Source: an uncultured Phycisphaerales bacterium
Lineage (GTDB): Bacteria; Planctomycetota; Phycisphaerae; Sedimentisphaerales; Anaerobacaceae
DNA: 64,000 nt
Direction: 5' to 3'
NCBI GenBank assembly: GCA_963718665.1
Contig: OY970359.1
Span: 1,664,001 to 1,728,000, forward strand
The notes beneath the pieces are model-generated. The model ran no database searches and was not told the DNA's origin. It worked only from the letters and a program-made list of their open reading frames with translations. Below are positions 29,354 to 39,147 of this stretch, in pieces. Numbering within the stretch: the stretch's first letter is position 1; each line of letters opens with the position of its first letter. The position numbers and the translations under genes are program-made.

Positions 29354-30156
29354 AGGATTTTCTCAGACAGATTCTTGGCGGCGTAGAAAATCAGATTTTG
29401 GGCCGTTGCATCATCAGGGAATATTTGCAGGCACGGCTGCTGCAATCGTTGCAGGACCGCGGGACGTTTAATACATGGGTATTCCAGAGCGGAACCGCGT
29501 TGCGGTTTCTTTACGGCATGCCGCGTTTTTCCGAGGATTTGGATTTCGCCCTTATCGAGCCGGGAATGGAAGATAATTTCCGTGAAGTTCTTGTAAACGG
29601 CCAAAAGGTTTTCATCGCCGAAGGTTATGATATCGACGTTAAGGTTAACGATACCAAAACAGTCAAATCCGCCTTTTTGCGTTTCAAAGGGTTGCTATTC
29701 GAATTGGGTTTTTCCGCCCACAAATCTGAGACGCTTTCCATCAAAGTAGAGGTGGATACGAACCCGCCTTTAGGAGCAGGCATCAGTTCGACCGTAGTCA
29801 GACGGCACGTTACTTTGAATCTAAGGCACCACGACAAAGCATCTCTGCTTGCCGGTAAGCTGCATGCCGTTTTGGCGCGTCGATACGTTAAGGGCCGCGA
29901 TATCTACGACCTTGTCTGGTATCTCTCGGACAGGACCTGGCCTGAACCGAATATTGAATTCTTGAACAACGCCCTGAGACAGACCGGTTGGGACGGTCAC
30001 GAAGTAACCCCAACAAATTGGCGAGAATTGGTTCGCCGACGTATTGAGGAATTTCATTGGAAGCAGGTCGTTGAAGATGTCAGACCTTTCCTCGAGAGAA
30101 CGGAAGATGTTGCATTGTTGACAAAAGAAAACCTCTTAGGCCTGTTGCAGGCGTAA
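29350..30156 (+). CDS. Type IV TA toxin AbiEii nucleotidyltransferase
   Basis: FQSGTAL (canonical GGT), RFSEDLDF, KVEVD, KLHA, RDIYDL. Confidence 0.9.
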   Translation: MKDFLRQILGGVENQILGRCIIREYLQARLLQSLQDRGTFNTWVFQSGTALRFLYGMPRFSEDLDFALIEPGMEDNFREVLVNGQKVFIAEGYDIDVKVNDTKTVKSAFLRFKGLLFELGFSAHKSETLSIKVEVDTNPPLGAGISSTVVRRHVTLNLRHHDKASLLAGKLHAVLARRYVKGRDIYDLVWYLSDRTWPEPNIEFLNNALRQTGWDGHEVTPTNWRELVRRRIEEFHWKQVVEDVRPFLERTEDVALLTKENLLGLLQA

Positions 30157-30304
30157 ATACCGGTGTCAAAAAATTGTCAGTCGCCAGCAGTAAGCCACCC
30201 CAGAAGCGACTTGTCAGTGACTTGCTAACTACTTGTAATCCTCGATTTCAGCTTAAAATCGAGCCATAAGGTATTATTGGGAATGCACTTACAACCGGAC
30301 TCCG

Positions 30305-30345
30305 GGATTATGAGTCCACTGCTCTACCGCTGAGCTACGAGCCCG
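30305..30345 (-). repeat. tRNA 5'-half fragment (att site)
   Basis: Identical to tRNA 5' half through the anticodon arm, then diverges. Confidence 0.9.
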
Positions 30346-30582
30346 CAACGGCATAAGGATAACCGCTTTAACCGCGGGATGTTAATACCCACATTGACGA
30401 TTTGCGTAAATCGGGCGGTTCCAATAAATATTATCTTCAAGAAGAATTATTCGCAAAGTCGAAGAAATATGGTATATTACTGTTCCTGTTTTGGTATATG
30501 GACACGTCGATTGCTTTGCGTATATGTTTCGCCGAGTTGTCAGCGTAGGGAATGCGATAATCTTTTGGAATGGAGTTGGTTT

Positions 30583-31518
30583 ATGAAAAAACGGCCGGCG
30601 ATAACATCTCGAGACCTCGGCTTGGAATTCGCGGCAATCTGCGGCAAACATTTCCTCGGGCTTGAGCACCTGCACTATGGCTACTGGCCTGAAGGGCTCC
30701 CCGTAAACATAAACAACCTGCGCACTGCGCAGGAAAATTATACCAGCTTTCTGTTGTCGCAAATTCCTGCCGGCGTCCGCACCATTCTCGACGTCGGCTG
30801 CGGCTCAGGACATACCTCGAAACGGCTCGCTGATATGGGCTACAAAGTTGCCTGCGTTTCGCCGAGTCCCGTGTTAAGCGCAAAGGTGCGGGAGTTGATG
30901 GGTGATGCCTGCAAAATATATGAGTGCAAGTTCGAAGATTTGCAGACCGAAGACAAGTACGACATGGTGCTGTTCAGCGAGAGTTTTCAGTATATCAAGG
31001 TGCGCAAGTCGCTGGACAAGACGCTTGGAATTCTCAATCCGGGCGGCTATCTGCTTGTTTGCGACGTTTTCCGCAAGGACGTCGAGCTTGAATCGGACAA
31101 AAAAGGCGTCGGCGGGGGACATCTTTTGAGCAGATTTTACAGCCAGGCAGCGACCAGCTCATTCGAGCAGGTTAAGGATATCGATATAACCGACCGGGCG
31201 ATGCCCAATATGGACCTGATGGATGACACGATGAAAAACGTTGTCCGTCCCATTGTTGACTCAACGATTAACTTCCTCGGCGGCAGGTATCCGCTTATGA
31301 GCAGGGCTATTCAATGGCTGTACAGAAAGCGAATCGGGAACGTTTATCAGAAATATTTCAACGGCAACAGGGCCAGCGCCAACTTTGTAAAATTCAAATC
31401 CTATCGGCTTTTGCTTTATAGATATACCTGCAAAGTCCCCGCGGCAAATCCCGTCGTAAGCAGTACGGACCCGGACAATAAGACGACCTGCCCGGTTACT
31501 TTGCCTGCGGGTATCTAA
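30583..31518 (+). CDS. Class I SAM-dependent methyltransferase
   Basis: HLHYGYW, ILDVGCGSG, FSESFQY, LNPGG. Confidence 0.9.
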   Translation: MKKRPAITSRDLGLEFAAICGKHFLGLEHLHYGYWPEGLPVNINNLRTAQENYTSFLLSQIPAGVRTILDVGCGSGHTSKRLADMGYKVACVSPSPVLSAKVRELMGDACKIYECKFEDLQTEDKYDMVLFSESFQYIKVRKSLDKTLGILNPGGYLLVCDVFRKDVELESDKKGVGGGHLLSRFYSQAATSSFEQVKDIDITDRAMPNMDLMDDTMKNVVRPIVDSTINFLGGRYPLMSRAIQWLYRKRIGNVYQKYFNGNRASANFVKFKSYRLLLYRYTCKVPAANPVVSSTDPDNKTTCPVTLPAGI

Positions 31519-31732
31519 ATCGCAACCGGTGTCCGGCATAATTAAAAATACCCTGCATTGGGTGTTTTTTCTCTGTTATTGCTATTTACCGTATTTTATC
31601 CGCCAATAGAAAATTTGCGATTATTAATGGTTGACTTTCCAGATTGTAAATTATAAAGTATCGTCCTACGGGGGTTTTGCCGCTTTTGCGTATGATAAGT
31701 TGACAATTTGTAAACCGAAAGTAAGTTCTGGC

Positions 31733-32089
31733 ATGGCCGGAGAAAACTATATTGGTAATCTTTACTGGCAGGGCACGAAAATCGCAAAGAGACCATACAT
31801 TCAGGGGCCGTATTCAAAAGGGGAAATTGCTCTTTTGAAAAAGCAGTATCCGGCCACAAGCGCAGTTACGCTGGCAGGCAAATTGAAACGTTCGCTTATA
31901 TCTGTTCAGAAGCAGCTCCGCGAGATGGGCATCGGCAGACGCGATGTATCCGACTGGACACCCGCTCAACTGCGGTATCTGCGAAAAAACTATCACGAAA
32001 CAGCAACCTGGGAACTCGCCAATAAGCTGAACAGGACGCCGTCAGTCGTGAAACACAAGGCCGCTGAGCTGAAACTCAAAAAGAGATAG
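31733..32089 (+). CDS. Basic protein with two Myb/SANT-like HTH repeats
   Basis: YSKGEIALLKKQY..LAGKLKRS and WTPAQLRYLRKNY..LANKLNRT. Confidence 0.7.
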   Translation: MAGENYIGNLYWQGTKIAKRPYIQGPYSKGEIALLKKQYPATSAVTLAGKLKRSLISVQKQLREMGIGRRDVSDWTPAQLRYLRKNYHETATWELANKLNRTPSVVKHKAAELKLKKR

Positions 32090-32138
32090 TCGGCTCCTCA
32101 AACGGGACCGTCCCAACCAAAGCGACGGGTGACTGCTT

Positions 32139-32426
32139 ATGATAATCGGCGTGATGACAGCCAACTTGCACCTTCACGGTATCGGCTCGCTCAAAGAGAA
32201 GCGCAGCATCATCAAAAGCGTTATCGGCCGGCTGCAAAGCCGGTTCAACGTCTCCATTTCCGAAGTTGACCACAACGACAGCAAAATCATCGCCACCATC
32301 GGCGTCGCCGTCGTCGGCAATGACAAGCCCTTTATCGAAAGCCAGCTCGAAGCCGTCGTAACTTTTATGCGTAACGACGGCCGGTTCTATCTTGGGACAA
32401 TCGAACGTGAAACCTTTGGCGTTTGA
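32139..32426 (+). CDS. DUF503 (YlxP-like) protein
   Basis: SLKEKRSIIKS, RFNVSISEVD. Confidence 0.9.
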   Translation: MIIGVMTANLHLHGIGSLKEKRSIIKSVIGRLQSRFNVSISEVDHNDSKIIATIGVAVVGNDKPFIESQLEAVVTFMRNDGRFYLGTIERETFGV

Positions 32427-32556
32427 TTTGCCCAGGCGTTCCCAAAAATATCCCGAAAAAGACCAAACCGTAGCAAAACGGTAACAATCATTCCTTATAA
32501 AATACAGGTGTCAAAGAGGTGTTTTTTTGATAACTTATTGTTGAAAGGATAAGGTT

Positions 32557-35500
32557 ATGAGGACACTTAAAACCATCGTTACAGGCGTTGTGCTGACGGT
32601 GATACTGCCGGTTTGTATTGCTGCTGCAGCCCCGACAAGCGAACTGCTGCAAAAAGGGCTATACGCCGAAGAGGTCGAAGGCAACATCGATTCGGCCATT
32701 AAAACCTACGGGGAGATAATAAAGAAAACCGACGCCCCGAGGAACCACATTGCCCAGGCCCTTTACAGGCAGGGTATGTGTTACCTGAAAATCAAAGACG
32801 AGCAGGCGGCAAAGACGGACTTTGAAAAGCTGGTCAGCGAATACGCCGACCAGACCGAGATTGTGCAGAAGGCGCAATTGGCGCTGGATGATTTGACGGA
32901 TTTTGACCCGGCCGCTTTAATGCCTCCGGGGACGCTTATTTATGTGGAGCTTGGCAGCCCCGGCAAACAGGTTGAGACAATCCTCAATATGCTCAAGGGC
33001 ACGCCCTACGAAAATCCGCTTGCCGCCATAGGAAACCAGACGGCAGCCAACCCCAACCAGAAAACAGCGGGGGATATTGTGGCCGGCCTTCTGAATCCCA
33101 GTATGATGGCGGAATTCAAAAAGATTCGTGGCTCGGCTATTGGCGTTACCGGCATCGCACAGAATAATCCGCCTGCGATTGCGGTACTTTATCCCGGCAA
33201 AAGCGACGCCCTGCGCGGCCTGATTATGGCGGGATTAAATATGGCGGGAACACCCGGCGAGCCGATTGAAGGCATGCAAACCATCAATATTCGAAATGCC
33301 GCGGTAGCGGCGTACGATGACAGGGTAATTATAGTCGCTTCTTTGCCCGACCAGCTCAGGTGGGTCATCAGGCAATATAAAGGACTTGCCTCAGAGCCTA
33401 CACTCGCTTCAAGCAATCCCTTGTTTGTGAAATTGAACAAAAAGACGAGACACGACAACGCGCTGACCGCTTGGGTGAATGTTCATGAGGTCTATTCGAA
33501 GATGCTGCAATTGTTCCCCGCAGGCCAGATTCCAAAACAGATTTTCTTGGTCGATGCCGTCGTTGATTTCAATCACATCGATTATATAACCATGACTAAT
33601 TCGATTGAGCAGGATGGCTTTGATGGCACCGTCGAGATTGTGTTCAAAGACGGCCATCACTGTCTCGCATACGATTTGATTCGGACTCCCAATATAAGCA
33701 AGGCGGCGCTTTCGGCGGTTCCTCCCAACGCCGTTGCCATAGCGACCTTTGCGCTGTCTGCCGACAATGAAAACCAGACCGGCGCTGTGCGCGCACAGGT
33801 TAAAAACTTCAGCGGTCTCGATATTGGCAGAGAAATTTTCGCCAACATCGAGCAGGTCACTGTTTTCGCTGTGCCCGCCAAAACCCCAGGTTCGTCTTTC
33901 CCAGGGTCTATCGGGCTGGCAATTACAAGTCACAATCCTCAGCAGACGCGCCAGATTCTCGCAAAGACCATCGGCACTGCTGACTCAATGCTCACCGGCC
34001 GGCCCGTGGCTGACGCCAATTCATTCGCCGGACGGTACCAGATTGGCCAAATTCAAAATAACCCGCTGTATTGCTATGTCGAGCAGGCGGGCAAAGTTAC
34101 TGTCCTTTCGCTGAATCCTGATATCACGCAGGCCTCAATGGCGGCGATTAAAGACCACAACAGCGTATGCAACTCCGGACCGCTTAGCGATGCTGTCGCC
34201 AAAATGCCCGCAAGCGCAAGCAAGATGATTCTTATCAACGCCGGAGGTGCCATTCGAATTGCCGCCCCGACAATAATCGCGTCTATAGGCACAGACAACC
34301 GCGATGCACTTCAAAATAATTTCAATCAGCTCGCGCTGGCCTGCGACAAATCGGTCGTTGAGATTCGCACCGATGAGCAGCCGAATGACTTCACCCTCAA
34401 CAGAAGATTAACAGGCCTGCCCCCGTTGAATCAGCTCTTTGGTCCGATTAACCAAATTGCCCAGGCCATCAAACAGAACAAAGCCAATGTTGTGGTTGAA
34501 ACCGCGCGAAGGCAGGCGGGCATCACCATAAAACAGGCAACCGTTTCACCTGTTATTGATGGTGTCGCGGATGCTGCTTGGGCCGTCGCCGACAAAATAA
34601 AACTGACTAATGTGCTGTATAAGCCAATTTCCTCGCCGAACGACCTTTCGGCTAATTTCAAAACGATGTGGGACCAGAACAATCTTTATCTGTTCGTTGA
34701 TGTTACCGACGATGTGCTCAAGAATGATGCCAATAATCCATGGGAGAATGATGGTGTCGAGGTTTATATCGACGCTACTAACAGTAAAGCCGCCTCATAC
34801 GGCCCGACCGATTATCAATACATTTTTGTGTGGGATAAGACGTCGCCGAAAATCTATGAACAAAAACAAAATCGTATTGAAGGTGTTCAATATGCGATGG
34901 TAACGACCAATACAGGTTATCAATTGGAAGTCAAGTTCCCCTGGTCAACACTCGGCACGAAACCCCATGTAGGCGCAAAGATTGGCCTGGATGTTCAGGT
35001 CAACGACAACGACACAGGCGGAAAACGCGATAAAAAGTTAACCTGGCACGCTACGACAGATAACGCCTGGGAGAATCCGCAGGCCTTTGGAAATGCTGAG
35101 TTAGGTGGACTCCTCGGCTGGTGGAAGTTTGACGAAAAAGACGGCAATACCGCCGCCGACAGCTCAGGTAACGGCAATGGCGGCACACTGATTGGCAGTC
35201 CCGTCTGGCGACCTCAGGGCGGCAAAATTGGTGGAGCGCTCGAATTTAGCGGCAAGGGCGATTACGTCAAAATCGCCAACGAATCCGCATTCAATATTAC
35301 CAGCCAGATAACAGTCGCTGCGTGGGTTAATATAACCTCTGTCCCGCAGGAATGGACCGGCATTGTCACCAAGGGCGACACCGCCTGGCGGCTTTCCACG
35401 AGTTTTGCCAACAACGTGTTTCACTTCGGCGTTACCCGCGAGGACTATCTTAACGGCAGTACCACTGTCAGTTCGGGCCAGTGGCATCACGTCGCCTGCG

Positions 35501-35715
35501 TTTATGACGGACAGAAAATGAGCATTTATGTTGACGGCAAATTAGATGTTTCGAAACCGCGGTCAGGACCTATCGCGACCAACGACTTCCCCGTTTGCAT
35601 CGGCGAAAATATCGAGCTGACCGGGCACTCCTGGAATGGTCTCATTGACGATGTCCGCGTTTATACTTATGCTCTTTCGGAGAATGAAATCGCGGCTTTA
35701 GCAACCGGTAAATAA
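32557..35715 (+). CDS. Secreted multidomain protein: TPR + central domain + CBM9-like + LamG
   Basis: Signal peptide, ALYRQGMCY TPR, PVIDG..WDQNNLY..DGVEVYID CBM9-like, WWKFDE..WHHVA..GLIDDVRVY LamG. Confidence 0.85.
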   Translation: MRTLKTIVTGVVLTVILPVCIAAAAPTSELLQKGLYAEEVEGNIDSAIKTYGEIIKKTDAPRNHIAQALYRQGMCYLKIKDEQAAKTDFEKLVSEYADQTEIVQKAQLALDDLTDFDPAALMPPGTLIYVELGSPGKQVETILNMLKGTPYENPLAAIGNQTAANPNQKTAGDIVAGLLNPSMMAEFKKIRGSAIGVTGIAQNNPPAIAVLYPGKSDALRGLIMAGLNMAGTPGEPIEGMQTINIRNAAVAAYDDRVIIVASLPDQLRWVIRQYKGLASEPTLASSNPLFVKLNKKTRHDNALTAWVNVHEVYSKMLQLFPAGQIPKQIFLVDAVVDFNHIDYITMTNSIEQDGFDGTVEIVFKDGHHCLAYDLIRTPNISKAALSAVPPNAVAIATFALSADNENQTGAVRAQVKNFSGLDIGREIFANIEQVTVFAVPAKTPGSSFPGSIGLAITSHNPQQTRQILAKTIGTADSMLTGRPVADANSFAGRYQIGQIQNNPLYCYVEQAGKVTVLSLNPDITQASMAAIKDHNSVCNSGPLSDAVAKMPASASKMILINAGGAIRIAAPTIIASIGTDNRDALQNNFNQLALACDKSVVEIRTDEQPNDFTLNRRLTGLPPLNQLFGPINQIAQAIKQNKANVVVETARRQAGITIKQATVSPVIDGVADAAWAVADKIKLTNVLYKPISSPNDLSANFKTMWDQNNLYLFVDVTDDVLKNDANNPWENDGVEVYIDATNSKAASYGPTDYQYIFVWDKTSPKIYEQKQNRIEGVQYAMVTTNTGYQLEVKFPWSTLGTKPHVGAKIGLDVQVNDNDTGGKRDKKLTWHATTDNAWENPQAFGNAELGGLLGWWKFDEKDGNTAADSSGNGNGGTLIGSPVWRPQGGKIGGALEFSGKGDYVKIANESAFNITSQITVAAWVNITSVPQEWTGIVTKGDTAWRLSTSFANNVFHFGVTREDYLNGSTTVSSGQWHHVACVYDGQKMSIYVDGKLDVSKPRSGPIATNDFPVCIGENIELTGHSWNGLIDDVRVYTYALSENEIAALATGK

Positions 35716-35726
35716 AGAGGTACGAT

Positions 35727-37739
35727 TTGAAATTTGGCCAAGCTCCTATCACCGGGCGTAATCAGTTACAGTGGGTAGTGCTGCTCGCAATCGCGGTAGT
35801 GCTGCCCACTGTAAGTTTGCTCTGGTTCATGAGCAGGGCGGTCTCCAACGAACGATTGGTCATAAGGGAGAAATTAGCCGCCATTTATCAGGACAAGCTC
35901 ACGCAGGCCGGTCAAAAGGCCGCCGAAACCTGCGCCGCCAATATCAGCATCCTCGATAAGACAGGACAGAACGCAAATCCATATTCGCTTTTCAAACAAC
36001 TCGTGCTTGAGCATAATTTTGAAGGCGTGGTTGCCTTTGACTCAAAGTCAGCGGTTGTGTATCCGGTGCTTGGCGACATAATTTCAGACACAACTCAGCA
36101 GGATAATGACTTTGCATCCGCCAGGCAGCTTGAATTCACCAACAGGCAATACGCCGATGCCGCGGAAAGCTACGGCAGGTTTTCAGCCGATAAAGACCCT
36201 CAAATCGCCATTGCAGCCATTATGGGCAAAAGCCGATGTTTATCTAAAATTGGCCGGCTTGATGAGGCGATAGAAGAATGTCAAAAAGCTGCCTTTGTTT
36301 CTGTGGATAGGAATACCGATACCGCGTTACTCGTTGCCGTTCAAAACGCCCGGCTGCTGCTTCTGGATTTGCTCAGGCAGACCGGCACACAGTCCAGGGC
36401 AGAGCTTGTGCAGCGGACAGTCAACGCGCTGATTGCCGACCTCTATATTGTCCCTAAAATGCCGTCGAGCAGAAACCTGTTTATCGCCGGAAAGGTTTTA
36501 CAAACCTTTGGAGATATGCCCTCCCTCGAAGGCAAAACGTCTATCACAAAGGATACGCTCGCCAAACTGGTCGCCGCCGAAGAATTTTCTATTTTAATTG
36601 CTGAAAACTCATCGCTTATCCGCATATTGCCCGACAGGCCGTCGGATACTTTCCTTCGAGCAGGCGCCGGCTATGGTCTCTATCACAAGACCCCGTCGAT
36701 GTCGCTTCTGATTTTATTTTCCGACAAAGGAATCGCGTCAGCTCTCACCGGCTACGAAGACACATTCAAGGGTTCCGATTCGGCTTATCGCATAATAGAT
36801 GCCTCGGGTGATTTTGTCGCAGGCATGGGAAAACCGGCAGGCAGACCTTTCGCAACCGCTTCTTTGGCTGATTGTTTTCCGGGCTGGAAAGTCGAATTGT
36901 ATTTCAAAGGGGGCGAGATTTTTGATAAGGCCGCCGACAGGCAAATCGCTGTTTATATCTGGACCGGTTCGCTTGTGATATTGCTTATCCTCGTTGTCGG
37001 CGCATTCGCCGCCCGCGCAATAGGCAGGCAAATCCGGCTCAATAAAATGAAAAACGATTTTATCGCCACCGTCTCGCACGAGCTGAAGACGCCTTTGTCC
37101 TCGATGCGTGTCCTCGTCGATACCCTGCTCGAAGGCAACATCAAAGACGAAACGCAGACCGAGGAATACCTGCGCATGACCGCCAGGGAAAACGAACGGC
37201 TCAGCCGAATGATTGATAACTTCCTGACCTTCTCGCGGATGGAGCGAAACAAAAAGGCATTCGAAATGACTCCGGCAAACCCCGTCTCGATAGCAAACGA
37301 CGCCGCGGAAGCGGTCAGGACGAAATATGCGGCACATAATTGTCAGTTCGCGGTTGATATTGCGGACAATCTGCCCGAAATATCAGCCGACCACGGCGCG
37401 ATGGTTACTGTCCTTGTCAATCTTCTGGACAATGCCTGCAAATATACAGGCGACCAAAAACAAATCACGCTGAAGGTCTTCGCTGAAAAGGATAATGTCT
37501 GTTTTGCGGTTTCGGATAACGGCATTGGTCTTGCCCACAGGCATATTCGTAAAATTTTCGACAGCTTCTACCAGGTCGATAACTCCCTTGCGCGAAAAGT
37601 CGAAGGTTGCGGACTGGGCCTCAGCATCGTTAAATTTATCGTCGATGCCCATAAAGGCAAAATATCCGTCGATAGCAAACCTGGCAAAGGAAGTACTTTC
37701 ACAGTCAAAATCCCCGTTTCGCCGAAACAGGCCGGTTAA
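35727..37739 (+). CDS. Membrane sensor histidine kinase
   Basis: Two TM helices, SHELKTPL, NLLDNACKY, DNGIG, GCGLGL. Confidence 0.92.
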   Translation: MKFGQAPITGRNQLQWVVLLAIAVVLPTVSLLWFMSRAVSNERLVIREKLAAIYQDKLTQAGQKAAETCAANISILDKTGQNANPYSLFKQLVLEHNFEGVVAFDSKSAVVYPVLGDIISDTTQQDNDFASARQLEFTNRQYADAAESYGRFSADKDPQIAIAAIMGKSRCLSKIGRLDEAIEECQKAAFVSVDRNTDTALLVAVQNARLLLLDLLRQTGTQSRAELVQRTVNALIADLYIVPKMPSSRNLFIAGKVLQTFGDMPSLEGKTSITKDTLAKLVAAEEFSILIAENSSLIRILPDRPSDTFLRAGAGYGLYHKTPSMSLLILFSDKGIASALTGYEDTFKGSDSAYRIIDASGDFVAGMGKPAGRPFATASLADCFPGWKVELYFKGGEIFDKAADRQIAVYIWTGSLVILLILVVGAFAARAIGRQIRLNKMKNDFIATVSHELKTPLSSMRVLVDTLLEGNIKDETQTEEYLRMTARENERLSRMIDNFLTFSRMERNKKAFEMTPANPVSIANDAAEAVRTKYAAHNCQFAVDIADNLPEISADHGAMVTVLVNLLDNACKYTGDQKQITLKVFAEKDNVCFAVSDNGIGLAHRHIRKIFDSFYQVDNSLARKVEGCGLGLSIVKFIVDAHKGKISVDSKPGKGSTFTVKIPVSPKQAG

Positions 37740-37750
37740 GGAGTTAAGAT

Positions 37751-38428
37751 ATGAGAACCGTTCTTATAATTGAAGACAATCCCACGATGGTGCGTGCCCT
37801 CGAAGATAATTTCACAATTAAGGGTTACAAGGTCAAAACGGCCTTTGACGGCGAAGCGGGGTTGAACGCGGCGCTGGAAAAAGGGGCAGACCTGATTATC
37901 CTCGATATAATGCTGCCCAAAATCAACGGCTTCGAGATTTGCAGCCGGGTTCGCAATAAAGGTATCAATACGCCCATCATTATGCTCACCGCCAAGGACC
38001 AGGAGCAGGATATTGTTATGGGCCTCAATCTCGGTGCCGACGACTATGTCACCAAGCCCTTCAGCATAAAGCAGCTTCTCGCCCGCGTTGAGGCGTTGTT
38101 GCGCAGGATCGCTCAGCCCGAACCGGACATTTATCAGTTCGGCGACTTTAAGCTCGATAATGTAAATCAAAAACTTACTCACAACGACGTCGAAGTGCCT
38201 TTAAGCCCGAAGGAATTTAATGTGCTCCAGATTCTTGTTAAAAAGCGGGGCTCGGTCCTGACTCGTGATGAGATACTAAGCGCCGCCTTCGGCGTTTCGC
38301 ATTTCATCAGCGCAAAGAACATCGATGTCTTCATCAGGTCCATCCGCGAGAAAATCGAGCCGGACTTGAACAAACCGGCTTTTATTCATACCATAGCCGA
38401 TATCGGGTATAAGTTTGAAACGGTGTAG
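37751..38428 (+). CDS. OmpR-family response regulator
   Basis: Receiver (LDIMLP, ADDYVTKPF) + winged helix. Confidence 0.92.
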   Translation: MRTVLIIEDNPTMVRALEDNFTIKGYKVKTAFDGEAGLNAALEKGADLIILDIMLPKINGFEICSRVRNKGINTPIIMLTAKDQEQDIVMGLNLGADDYVTKPFSIKQLLARVEALLRRIAQPEPDIYQFGDFKLDNVNQKLTHNDVEVPLSPKEFNVLQILVKKRGSVLTRDEILSAAFGVSHFISAKNIDVFIRSIREKIEPDLNKPAFIHTIADIGYKFETV

Positions 38429-38431
38429 AAA

Positions 38432-39121
38432 ATGGAAAAGGTATTAATAGTTGAAGATGACCCCACGATGCTGCGGGGCCTGAAAGATAACTTCGAGTTC
38501 AAGGGTTACAAGGTGCTGACCGCCTCCGACGGCGAAAAAGGCCTTGAAGCGGCCCTTAACGCCAAACCCGATTTGATACTCCTCGACATTATGCTCCCCA
38601 AAATTAACGGCTACGAGATTTGTCGCCTGATTCGCGAGCAAAAACTCGATATGCCGATTATTATGCTGACCGCCAAAGGTGAAGAATCTGATATTGTGCT
38701 GGGCCTCAACCTTGGCGCAGATGATTATGTCACCAAGCCGTTCAGTATTAAGGAGCTTCTCGCCCGCGCGGCCGCGTTTTTGCGCCGGGCAAAAAAAGAG
38801 GTTCAGGATATTCACGAATTCGGCTGTTACCGCCTCGACATATCCGCAAGACGGCTCACGCGAAAAGGAAAGGAAATCGAGCTGTCCCCCAAGGAATTCG
38901 ACCTTCTCACGTTTCTCATCAAAAAGCAGGGCCGCGCTCTTACCCGTGATGAGATATTAAACGCCGTCTGGGGATATGATTGCATTGTTACCCCGCGAAG
39001 TATAGACAGGTTTGTAACCACCCTGCGTGATAAAATCGAGCCCGACCCATCCAAACCGGTTTTCATTCACACCATAAGACAAATCGGCTACAGATTCGAA
39101 CCGCCCGAATCAAAACACTAA
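38432..39121 (+). CDS. OmpR-family response regulator (tandem paralogue)
   Basis: Receiver + winged helix, clearly similar to 37751..38428. Confidence 0.92.
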   Translation: MEKVLIVEDDPTMLRGLKDNFEFKGYKVLTASDGEKGLEAALNAKPDLILLDIMLPKINGYEICRLIREQKLDMPIIMLTAKGEESDIVLGLNLGADDYVTKPFSIKELLARAAAFLRRAKKEVQDIHEFGCYRLDISARRLTRKGKEIELSPKEFDLLTFLIKKQGRALTRDEILNAVWGYDCIVTPRSIDRFVTTLRDKIEPDPSKPVFIHTIRQIGYRFEPPESKH

Positions 39122-39147
39122 CGCCTTCCGGCTAAAAGCAAGGTGAT

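Larger units (their letters stand above)
18019..30345. mobile_element. tRNA-integrated genomic island bounded by a 41-bp duplication of the tRNA 5' half
   Basis: 18019-18059 identical to 30305-30345; integrase remnant and TGTCA arm-like repeats near both ends. Confidence 0.85.
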
